NCBI GenBank assembly: GCA_951804945.1
Contig: OX638150.1
Location: 70,990,001-71,054,000, forward strand
Source: Podarcis cretensis
Lineage: Eukaryota
Direction of reading: 5' to 3'
Length of the DNA: 64,000 nt
Below, one piece after another: positions 50,556-61,250 of this stretch. The notes under the pieces are model-generated. The model had not been told where the DNA came from and did not search any database. It saw only the letters and a program-made list of their open reading frames with translations. A program made the translations under genes and the position numbers. Numbering within the stretch: the stretch's first letter is position 1; each line of letters opens with the position of its first letter.

Positions 50556-50604
50556 AGACTACATGCTTAGTACAGCAAGAAAACAATTAGGGGCAGACAC
50601 TCAC

Positions 50605-50691
50605 TTTACCATAGTTGGTTGTGGTTACATTCCATTTGCGCACTCGATTCCCATCGTAAGCATATGAATCTGGAGTGTCTCCAACTCCTTC
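50605..50691 (-). CDS. RNF123: RNF123 exon 8 (SPRY)
   Basis: [29 protein letters not shown]; 87 nt. Confidence 0.95.
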
Positions 50692-51070
50692 CTATGCAAC
50701 ATGAAAACCAAAAGCAAACCTTTACCAAAGATTACAATTAAGATTTTGCATTCCAGTAATATGCCTTCTTCAACCACTGTCACTGACATACCAAAAAGGA
50801 CTGAGAAATTTGTAGGCTGGGAGAAACAGACCTGAGAGAAACAGTCATATGGGTAACATACAAGGTGTGACCGGACAGTTCGGTGAATGGTCACGGAAAC
50901 CAGACAGCGAAAATATTCAAACATACAGGCCTTCAAAGTAGGCCCCCTCTGATACAATGCACTGTTGACAACCAGTTACAGATAGGTAGCCGTGTTGGTC
51001 TGCCATAGTCAAAACAAAATAAAAAAATTCCTTCCAGTAGCACCTTAAAGACCAACTAAGTTAGTTCTTG

Positions 51071-51108
51071 GTATGAGCTTTCGTGTGCATGCACACTTCT
51101 TCAGATAC
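51071..51108 (-). ncRNA. Minimal type I hammerhead ribozyme motif on the RNF123 sense strand
   Basis: GUAU-CUGAAGA-A-GUGUGC AU GCACAC-GAAA-GC-UC^AUAC. Confidence 0.7.
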
Positions 51109-51118
51109 ACTGAAGTGT

Positions 51119-51901
51119 GGACCACCGGTATTAAATTTACTGCATGTAATGCCTTAAAAGAAAATATTATGAAAATGATCTACCGGTGGTACATGACCCC
51201 AGTCAAGCTTGCAAAAATTTATCATTTGCCTAATAATAAGTGTTGGAAATGTAATGAGACTGAAGGCACTTTCTACCACCTTTGGTGGACCTGCCCAAAG
51301 GTTAAAGCTTTCTGGGAAATGATCTATAATGAAATTAAGAAGGTCCTTAAGTGGACTTTTCCTAAGAAACCAGAGGCTTTCCTCTTGGGCATGGTGGGCC
51401 AAGTGGTGTTAAGGAAGGATAGGACTTTCTTTATGTATGCCACTACAGCAGCAAGAATTCTACTGGCAAAGTATTGGAAGACGCAAGAACTACCTACTCT
51501 GGAAGAATGGCAAACAAAGGTGATTGACTTTATGGGACTGGCCGAGATGACGGGCAGAATCCGGGACCAGGGGAAAGAGACAGTGGAAGAAGACTGGAAG
51601 AATTTCAAAATATATCTTAAAAATAATTGCAAAATTGAGGAATGTTAGGATGTCAGGGGGTAAGAAGTAAAGAATTGCAGCAGTAAACAAAAAAAACTTA
51701 AGAATTTTTTACGAAAGGGAACTAAGACAATGGACTTAAGGGTTGCTAAAGAATTATTAAACAAGGATGCAGGGATGGGGAGGTATGGGGAAGTCAAAGA
51801 AAGAAGGGTATGAACCGATGAGCATGAAGTTATACTGTTTTACATTGTTCTTTATTACATGTGTGGAAAATTAATAAAAATTATTATTAAAAAAAAAAAA
51901 A
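51119..51901 (+). mobile_element. L1-clade LINE, 5'-truncated, with intact ORF2 C-terminus, 3'UTR and poly(A)
   Basis: CWKCNETEGTFYHLWWTC (CCHC zinc knuckle), stop at 51646-8, AATAAA at 51873, A-tail 51889-51901, 17-bp TSD CAGATACACTGAAGTGT at 51102-51118 and 51902-51918. Confidence 0.9.
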
Positions 51902-51927
51902 CAGATACACTGAAGTGTATCTGAAGT

Positions 51928-51965
51928 GTATCTGAAGAAGTGTGCATGCACACGAAAGCTCATAC
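51928..51965 (+). ncRNA. Minimal type I hammerhead ribozyme motif, mirror copy
   Basis: Identical motif on the plus strand; predicted cleavage after C51961. Confidence 0.7.
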
Positions 51966-53037
51966 CAAGAACTAACTTAGTTGGTCTTTAAGGTGCTACT
52001 GGAAGGAATTTTTTTATTTTGTTTTGACTGTTGACAACACTCGTAGAACTGTTGGAAACTTCTGGAGAAGTCCTCTTTTCATACTGCTTTTAGTTCCCTC
52101 GTCACAGCAGCTTGGATGTGTGAAATGTTGGAAAATCTGTGCCCTTTCAGTGCAGATTTCAGTTTTGGAAAAAGAAAGAAATCCGGTGGGGCCAGATTAG
52201 GAAAATATAGAAGGTAGGACAGCTCAGTAACCTCAGTAATGATTTCATGTGGAATATGCAATTCTTCCGCCATCATTCGGATGGAGAAACGCCGATCCCA
52301 CATCAATAACTCATGAACTGTCAACATTTGCTGCTGCTTTGCTCGTCAACGGTCTGCCAGATTGCGGGTCTTCTTCAATAGTTTGCCGCCCTTCATGGAA
52401 ATGCTTAAACCACTCATACACTGTCTTTCGAGTTACAGCTTCATCTCTGTAGACAATTGTGGGCATTTTGTGGGTTTCTGATGTTAATTTACCCAATTTG
52501 AAACAGAATTTCATATTGACTCTCTGCTCCATTTTCAATCACATTGCACTGCTACTAAACGCTACCGCATCAACATAGGCCTGTCAACAAATGCCGAGAT
52601 ATGTGCACATATGTTAGCTGAGATACGGACCAACGTCTCCCACGTGTCTCTGTGAATCCGGCAGTTCCTATTCTCGCATACAGGAGTGATTCACCCTACT
52701 TTCCAGTCACACCTTGTAATATACCAAGCATCCATGCCCATTTCTGGTAAGTATATACAGTAGTAATTAGGTCCACTACTATATCCAACTTAAGTAGAAC
52801 ACGAGTTATGAAAAGGAATTACAGGTTCCCTATTCCAAAAAACCAGATTATATAGATATTGTCAAGATTTCAGTTCCCATCAGACCTAGCTAACATGGGA
52901 TGATGGGAATAGTAGTCTAACAAGGGGCCACAGGTAATTTCTGGGATTTCCAGCCTTGGAACTTCAGGTAAAGAGTGATGTCTAAATGTAAATACAATAA
53001 GTAAGAAATTAAATAAATAAATATGCTCTTGCATTAC

Positions 53038-53123
53038 CTCTTGATTGAATCGGCAATTGAGAGTGCACCAACCAATTTGCATAAGGCCTTGGGATGAAAT
53101 CAGCACCTCATAGATCCATTTTC
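53038..53123 (-). CDS. RNF123: RNF123 exon 7 (SPRY)
   Basis: [29 protein letters not shown]; 86 nt. Confidence 0.95.
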
Positions 53124-53496
53124 CTAAAAGAAAATATAGCAGCAAATGTGTCAAATGAAAAATTCTCTGTTAAATACTATTAACATATAAAACTAGAATA
53201 GTCCGAAGGTTTGGCAGCCAGAAGAGTTCAAAAGGATGAATTCATTTTTCCAAAACCCCTGATTGATTTGTTTAGTATCACACTACCCTACAACAAAAAG
53301 CTGTCTGGGTGGCATGTCCAGTGTCTGACATTTTCTGCAAAAACCTGAAACAAATGCGGCCCCAAAATTAAAGTCAGGAATTTGTTTAAATCTCATTGTT
53401 AATAAATTCTCATCTCAAGTTGCTGTTCACTAGCAGCACACATTATGCCACTTGGACCAGTACCATGGGTTAGTACATATTTTTTCTAGTCCTTAC

Positions 53497-53551
53497 CTTT
53501 ATACACACAGGTAGTAGCCCTGATAGAGCCAAAGTTACTATGTCCAATTAC
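53497..53551 (-). CDS. RNF123: RNF123 exon 6 (SPRY)
   Basis: VIGHSNFGSIRATTCVYK; 55 nt. Confidence 0.93.
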
Positions 53552-56077
53552 CTGAATTGGGAAACAAAGGAGGAAGACAGTCACACACCATGATTGTGTG
53601 TTTTCCATTATCAAGGGTTTCATTACATCTCGCAAATGTGTGTGTGTTGGCGGCGGGGTAAGTAAATCAGTTAAAGAAAGTATTAGGTCATTTTCAATTA
53701 ATCAAATCATAGAACTTCCACAATAGGTTGCTCTCATTTTACACCAGGATTGGGTGCACACAAAAATCAGGTCTGCAATTACACCAAACACAGATCTAAC
53801 AACAAGCATGCCCACATAATGGCTTCCTGATTCCATTTCTCCTAGACGAAACACCCAGTGCCAAAAACAGAAAACTGGCTTTGAAGAAGTCACAACCTGT
53901 GCTGACCCCATTACTGGCCCAATGAGCTGCTTGGTCAAGTTGTGGAGGGAATCAGCATGGAATAAAAGCCTGGGGCAGGCCAACTGCAGGAACCAGATGG
54001 GCTGCAGGAGAGTGTTTCCAAAGATTTGTCAGAAGCAGCAAGACCAAGAAAGAGAGTGCCAAAAGGAATGATCAAGGAGTGATCACAGATGGGACAACAC
54101 ACTGTTTCAGTACATAATGACTATAAAAACTGACAGAAGTGCCAACAGCACTAAAGGCACTTCCTATATTGTTAGGCAGCCATAGGCGCTCAGCCATAGT
54201 ATTGGTAGCTAGGTAGAGCATAACAACAGCCACTGGTAAGTTCAGGGCAAAGCTGGTTCTGTCCTTCCTGTCTCAGCTGAGAACTGGAACCCAGTGAGAC
54301 ATGTTGACAAGAAAAACATTCAAAGCAAACCTCTATTAACCCAGTACACAAACATATCAACAGTAGAACATAGACAAGCAGAAAGTAATTCTCTAGTGGG
54401 GGTTGAAGCAGAGGGGGGAGAAGGAAGACAGCAATTATCAGAAACAAACCTTTAAAGACCAATAGAGGACAACAAATAATATGTAGGCAGTGTTTAAAAC
54501 AGAACACTTAAGCTGAGAGTGTTAACAGGTGGGCAGCAAGATACATAGAGGCATAATAAAAGAGTGAATTGTGCAAAGCAAACTACAGAGAAGTAAGAAA
54601 TTTCAGACTTAAAAGCGTAGCTGGGCTTATCAGAACATTTTATTTATTTGTTTAGAACATGTACATCCCAACCTTCACCGCATGCTATAAGGGCTGCTTC
54701 TAACAGATCAAGTTATATAAAACTATGCCAAAACATGTACATTGCTGTATCATGCCTCATTTTAAATTCAGTATACAAGTCACTTTATCTGACAGCAGTG
54801 TGAAACATATAGATTTGTGCTGTTACTTATAGGATTGGCAAAAGAGAAACATATTTACCCAACATCAAAAACCTGATTTGATGCCTACCTGATTCCAGAG
54901 GGGAGAAAGTTCCTCCACCAGGATGCCACCAGGGAGAAGATCCTATTCTGAGTCCTGGGCAACTAGAGTTCAGTTGGTGACAGCACACAACTAACAATGT
55001 GTCTCCAGCACATCTCAACTCACAGGCAGAACAGTACAGGGACAGGTGCTGTTTCAGATAGTTGAGTTCCTAGCTGTTCAGGGCTTTATATATCAGTCAA
55101 CATCTAGAATTGGGCTCAGTGACACATAGATAGCCAGTGCAAATGGTTCAAATTTGGTGCTATATGATCACAGGCAGTATCACTCTTCAAAACGTCCACA
55201 GCCCCATTCTGCATTACAACTGTGCTCAAAGAACTGTGTCCTACACAGAGCAGCTAGAGAACTAGATGGAGCAGAAATAAGGCACTCCACACCACTGTGG
55301 ACACCTGGATATCAAGGAGTACCCCTAGACTACATATTTGATCCTTAAGGGAGAATGCAACTCCATCCAAAAAAGTTGTGTACCTAATTCCTGAATCTGG
55401 GAACCACCAGCAGCTCTCCCAAGAACCAAGGAACCATCTGAACTCAAAACTTAAGAAGAACCATGCTATAACAGCAACCAAAGGGAAAGGTTATAATGAA
55501 GACCTGACAAGTGTTATCAAAAGGGAGAGACCCTAACAGCAACTCTATCATAAAACACATTTTCTATTAACCTCAAACCAATGACGGCGTGATAGTGGCT
55601 CTATGTTGACCACAATTAATAAATAGGAAATATTTTCTTAAACATGCAATCTCTCCGCATATCACCTTCACTCCCTAGACAAAATTTTCCCATTAACCTC
55701 AGTTAAATGGTTTGTCAGCAACATCAGCAATTAATGTTTGCCTTAAATTAGAATCTCAAACTGCGGTCTCAGTTTATAGTTAAATGGTAACCTTAGTTAA
55801 CCTTCATCACAGTTGACATAACTGCTGACAAGCTGCTTAATGGTGAGGAAGGGGATTCGCTCCAGAAAGAGGAGTGGCAGGAGATAGGAAATGCACACTC
55901 AGCTTATTAGCCAATATTAGCAGGGAACCAGTGTTACCTAAGCCCAAAAGCAAAAGGAGAGTGAGGACATACAGAGACCAAAAAATGAAGTGAGAAAACA
56001 CAAGCACAGACTTTAAAGAGCGACCTAGAGTCCCCAGTGACAAGTTAGCCCATTCACAGCGTTTACCTTACACTCAC

Positions 56078-56175
56078 CCCAAGTAGGTCATCATCCACCA
56101 ACAGGAGCCCTTCAAAACCACTGGTGTGATCCAACACCACAGTTGAAGGGCCAAGCCTGCCCTCTACCCCCTGAT
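56078..56175 (-). CDS. RNF123: RNF123 exon 5
   Basis: (D)[32 protein letters not shown]; 98 nt. Confidence 0.92.
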
Positions 56176-56374
56176 CTGAAATGAAAGTTGAAGGAATGAC
56201 AATGAGAAATATTTGTGAAGCAACGACATAAGAGGTAGAGTAATTGAGATGAGGCAACTCTGTGTTCAGTTTTATGGCAAAAGAAAGAGACACAAGCATC
56301 AATTAGGATATTATATGGTTATTTTTCTTCTCCTGAACACAGAGGAAGTTCCCCAAAGATAGAGACATTTCATA

Positions 56375-56543
56375 CATCCAAGCACAGTTCTCCATAGAAT
56401 CCCATGTGTGGAGGGTAAGTGACATGTGTCTTTTGACAATGACACATATTAAATAGAAAAAATACTGAATATGTGTTATCGTTGAAAGACCCATGTCACC
56501 TACCCTCCACACATGGGCCTCTATGGAGAACTGTGCTTGGATG
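56375..56543. repeat. Long imperfect palindrome (about 75-bp arms), probably MITE-derived
   Basis: CATCCAAGCACAGTTCTCCATAGA..CCCATGTGTGGAGGGTA.GTGACATG is mirrored by CATGTCAC.TACCCTCCACACATGGG..TCTATGGAGAACTGTGCTTGGATG. Confidence 0.9.
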
Positions 56544-57206
56544 AATCAAACTGTTTCAATGAATACTGCTCTGAACAGCAAACAGGCTGATATACTGCAA
56601 ACCTTCTGTGTAGTTGGCCATTTCTTTTCCCAAAATAGATATTATGTTTATCTGATAAAACTTAATAAAAATACATTTTTTAAGAAAAAAAGACCACCAA
56701 GAAGGGAACTAGGTTTAGGTGGAAAGTCCCCATAATATGCTATTCTGCTTTCTCTTAAGGCAACTGCAAAATGAGCAGACACTAGAGGCATCGGCCCCGG
56801 TGCAATGTCATGACGTCACACATGCAAGGTCACAAGGAGCCAGGGAATGGAGCCAAACATGGTGGCAGCACAGCCTCTGTCCTCCCCTTCCCTCTGCCAT
56901 GCAAGGTAAAGATGGGGGAAGCCGCTCCCAGCTAGTGGCGGTAGCAGCAGCAGCAACCAATGACCACTGAGCTATGCCATGCTTGGCTCCAGTATAGGCT
57001 GCTTCTCCCGTCCCTTCCCTGTACGGCAGGAGGAGGAGGAGGAGCCACCACAGGCCACTGAAGCTGCACTGCACCTGGCTCTATGTTCAACCTCCTCCTG
57101 CTGCTGAATATTGGGGGCCCGGCCCCCTCAAAAAACAAACAATGGGGGCACAAAGTCGCTCGGCCCCTTGGAGCTGACACTTATGGCAGACATTGTATCT
57201 ATTTAC

Positions 57207-57286
57207 CTTGAGCATCTTCTGAGACAGCATCTTCTGCCAGCAATTGTTCTACGTGTTCTTGTAGGTTTTGAAAGGAGAGGTGCTTT
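57207..57286 (-). CDS. RNF123: RNF123 exon 4
   Basis: KHLSFQNLQEHVEQLLAEDAVSEDAQ; 80 nt, AG/GT ends. Confidence 0.88.
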
Positions 57287-58975
57287 CTAGGAATAAAGTG
57301 AAGTATCCTTCAACAGTTTTTATATAATTCCCCATGGAGAGACTCACATGAATTGTTAACCAGAGTTTCTTCACTACTTCAGCACGATCCTCCATAAACT
57401 ATTTATTTAATAAAGCTACATGGTATGTTTAATAGATAAAATAGCCCAGGGACACAACTACTTGAAAGGACCAGAAACTAAAATATTTGACAAATAAAAA
57501 TAGCTTCTATAGAGAAAATGACGTCATGGATTCTCAGAGACACACTCTGGTGTTCACCAACATGAACAAATTAATTATTTTGCAACTCTTTCCTTCTATT
57601 TTGAACACAATGCTATAGAGTATTCAAATCCCAACTGCCAAGATTCTTTATGGCTTCCTATTGGACTGCTGTAGTGAAGCAGACATGCACAATTTCTGAC
57701 TAAGATGAATAAAACCCACCAGCCTGGGCCTGTGTCCTTTTCAGCTTCTTAACACTGCTATGTTTTTTACAGTTCCAGGCAGACAGAAAAAAGAGAGCTG
57801 CTGTTGGCTGCCACACGTGGCTGGTGGTTTGCATTAGGTTGGTGGATCACCATGTGTTGAGGCTTATGCAGCAGAACCCCTAAATCCAACAGGAGCTATG
57901 AATTAATCTAAGCTCCTTTTTCAGCTTTTAAAGAATAAACCAAAGGAACTTAATGCTGAAAGTTTTGACACACACCCCCACCCCCCAAAAAGGTAGAATG
58001 ATGAATTGGAGCATTCCAACAGTACACTGGGAAAGCTGTGGCAAAGCAACAAGAAACAACTCTATTCCTCCTCCTCCTCCTCCTGGTAACTGCTACTCAT
58101 CAGAAGGAAAAAGGGATGAAGGTTATTTTTAGTAGCACTGACAACTCAGTTGTGAGTTCAGAAGCTAAGTATATAGTGGGCGGAATTTGACCCCAGCAGA
58201 TCTTTAAATACAAACATACAACAGGCGTTCTTCCAGAGCAACATTCACATGAGAGGTCTCAATACGAGGATTCCAATGTGTACAAGAAAATGCAATTAGA
58301 GGACTTTGCTAAAGGCCTTGTTTTGTGATTTCTTATTTGATTCAGGAAGATTATACGTAACTGGCAAGGAAGAAGTGTAAAGCAATTTTTAAAATCACAA
58401 TCACACAAAAGAAATGAAAAAATAATCAAAGAAAGCTAACATCATCATTTCACATGAGAAGTACTTGAAACTAATTTTCATAATATAAACATAACATATT
58501 GAGACACATTCATTTAAATTAATAGTGGACATGTGTCAGCCATTTTTAAGTGTTTAATCCTAACCATGTCTACTCAGAAGCAAGTCAAAGTGAATTCAAT
58601 AAGACTTTCTCCCAGGTAAGTGAAGTTACAACTACAGCATTAAATATTTCTTAAATAGTGTACAGATGTTTAAAGACATTCAGCTTTCATCATTATTTGC
58701 CATTTGTAAGTGCCATTTAGCCAGATTTACAGAAATTATCATTTAGATCAGTAATTGCCACACCCCTGGCCTCTCATACATACCTTCAAAACTAAGGCAT
58801 GCAAGTTCTACTGTCTGAAAGGCCCATCAGCTTTATACCACATAAACACTTCAGCAGTAAAATGAAACTTTTGTCTCATCTAGGGTCAGCATTCAGCTGT
58901 GTTCCTAAGCAGTACCATTAAAGTAACACCACAATACAACTTTGCTTGCTCTTCAGTGAATCAGAAGTCCAGTAC

Positions 58976-59060
58976 CTATATGCAGCAGTAGGCTGAGTTC
59001 CATCAGCAATGGGAAAGATGCGATGCAGATAATCATTCAGGAGTTTGCTGTTCACTATCC
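58976..59060 (-). CDS. RNF123: RNF123 exon 3
   Basis: (G)IVNSKLLNDYLHRIFPIADGTQPTAAY(R); AG/GT ends, 85 nt. Confidence 0.9.
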
Positions 59061-59518
59061 CTATGAGAATGAGTAAAAAGCCAAGTCAGCAAGGAACAAC
59101 CAGGTATTACCTCCAATATACCAATTTTACTTCTACAAGTGAGGCAAGATGAACTTAGGCAGCCCTGTTTCATTTATTTATTTCATTTACAGCCTGTCTT
59201 TCTTCCATAGAACTCAAAGCATTGCATGAGGTTCCCAGGAGGCCGCCCATCCAGACACACTCAGAGCTAGCTTCCGTAAGGCAGCTAAATCATATGACTT
59301 CAGCCTATGCTGTTGCCTGTATAGCTAATACTATATCATAGTACTTAATCAGCAAAAATATGGAGATTAATAAATCAGTTTTGATAAGATCATCTCATAA
59401 ATCACTTAAAATGTTTACTTGAAAGATGACCCCAGTGAATTCAGTGAGACTTACTCCCAAGTGTACACAGAATTTCAGCCAATGCCGCTAAGGCTATATC
59501 TCTATCAAATGTTTTTCC

Positions 59519-59689
59519 TTAGAGACCAACTAAGTTTGTTCTTGGTATAAGCTTTCGTGTGCATGCACACTTCTTGCACATGAAAGCTTATACCAAGAAC
59601 AAACTTAGTTGGTCTCTAAGATGCTACTGGACATTTTTTTTATTTTTATATATATTTTGACTGCGTCAGACCAACACGGCTACCTACCT
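59519..59689. mobile_element. Second Penelope-like inverted remnant
   Basis: Same family as 50973-52026 (AGACCAACTAAGTT.GTTCTTGGTAT.AGCTTTCGTGTGCATGCACAC; CAGACCAACACGGCTACCTA); 12-bp TSD AAATGTTTTTCC at 59507-59518 and 59690-59701. Confidence 0.8.
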
Positions 59690-61168
59690 AAATGTTTTTC
59701 CATATGTCTTAGTATCTACAGCAAATAGAGGATACAGCATGCCTCTTATAAAGAGTGTTGTTTCTAGCTGAGACTCTACTTCCAGGTTTTTTCATAGCAA
59801 AGTTACTAAATTTACTCCTGAAGGATTCAAATAGTGTGTTAATGTGTCTCTTGCCCCTCATTGTTGCCATGCTGCTATTTGAATGTTTGCACATTCTCTT
59901 GAGTTACTTGGCAGGAGGAGCTACAGCATGTTGCTTGAAATGACAGATCAATTTGGCCTGTCCTTGTTATCTCTCCTTGTCCCTCTGCTTCCCTTTGCAC
60001 AGTCATAATGCAAATGTGCAGAGACCAGCCTACAGACAATGAAGGACAAGGCAAATAAACAATAAACCAAAAGAGCTGCACAGAAGGATTTTGTTATGCT
60101 CTAAGTTTCCTTAGCACTTTCTTTAACAGCTACAACTTAGCATTACACATGTGAGCATGGGATTCATAACAGTCCCTTTTAAAATTACCAGTACCAAGTA
60201 GCTGTTCTATTCAAGAGCCTATATCAGTAGGAACCTTGGTCTATGATAAAATGCATTCACAAATGATTATGCTGATCATTTCTCTATGATAACAATCCTT
60301 TCAAACCGGAACACCTGTTAACTGCAAGTGAGGGTAGATTTGCATTAAGTTAAACCTTTTCCCACCAGGTGAATTCTGCAATTACTTTGAGTCAGAGGGC
60401 CACATTCATCCAAGTGTTGTGATTTCTTTATTGCATCCCAGCACTTCAGACCTAATTTCTGTCTGCAAAGGAAATGTCCATTTACAGGTGAGCTTTGAAT
60501 CCAAATTGCGCCTGCAAATGGGCAACAGGCTGTCAGCATCAATCAGCAACCCCCATTTGCCAAGGCACAACTGACAGGCTCCAGATGGTTCCTTTGCAAC
60601 CACATCTTTACCTATTCCAAACCTGACATTGCATATGATGACAGTTGGGGGGTAGGAGAGCATGGTTTCAGGTTCCCCATTCCTGACTTAACCAAAACCA
60701 TCTTCTCCATCTGTGTGAATTAAAAACTAACAGATAAAATAAGACAGATAAAACACCCTTTATCCCAGTTTGAAATTCCATCCATGCTTTCCCCTGCCTC
60801 TCATAGGGCAACACTGTTTTACATCAGATGACAAGCAAACCCTTTTCAACTAGGCCAACACTTGGCCTTAAACAATGCACCAGATATTTAATAGCATTGT
60901 GCCAAGGACAAGTCTGGAGTGCTATGAAAGGTGAAACACCAAATACATGTTAATTCCTTTAAGCAGATTTAGCTTTGCCATTAGCTTGCACAACTGAGCT
61001 AAGACCCAAAAAAAGTATCTGCCAATGAAGTGGCAAACTTGAATAGGTGGCAACTTTGTTTGCACAGCTAAGGTGCTGAAAACAGTGAATCTCTCTCCTA
61101 ATTAGTTGCTGGCAAGACTTGTAAAAACAGCCTCCTCTTCCCCCAGTCATCCACAACAGTATTCCTAC

Positions 61169-61250
61169 CTGCAACCTTGGACTTCTCAGGCTCTGTGCTC
61201 AATCTATAGTTCTTCCGAGAAAATGTTGTTCCAGAAGCTCTTGATGTCAT
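61169..61250 (-). CDS. RNF123: RNF123 exon 2 coding part (exon 61169-61286 includes 36 nt of 5'UTR)
   Basis: MTSRASGTTFSRKNYRLSTEPEKSKVA(G); acceptor AG at 61287-8, donor GTAGGA. Confidence 0.9.

Larger units (their letters stand above)
50973..52026. mobile_element. Penelope-like element remnant (inverted pseudo-LTR pair)
   Basis: Perfect 104-bp inverted repeat 51007-51110 / 51926-52029; 12-bp TSD ACTGTTGACAAC at 50961-50972 and 52027-52038; hammerhead motif in the arms. Confidence 0.8.
50861..52716 (-). mobile_element. Mariner DNA transposon, internally deleted (about 790 bp of its own sequence), interrupted at 50973-52026
   Basis: TA TSDs at 50859-60 and 52717-18; 28-bp TIRs CAAGGTGTGACCGGACAGTTCGGTGAAT vs CAAGGTGTGACTGGAAAGTAGGGTGAAT; transposase remnants MEQRVNMKFCFKLGK..VYEWFKHF..SGRP and YFPNLAPPDFFLFPKLK (YSPDLAP motif), ending ..CIVSEGAYFEGL. 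Confidence 0.9.
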
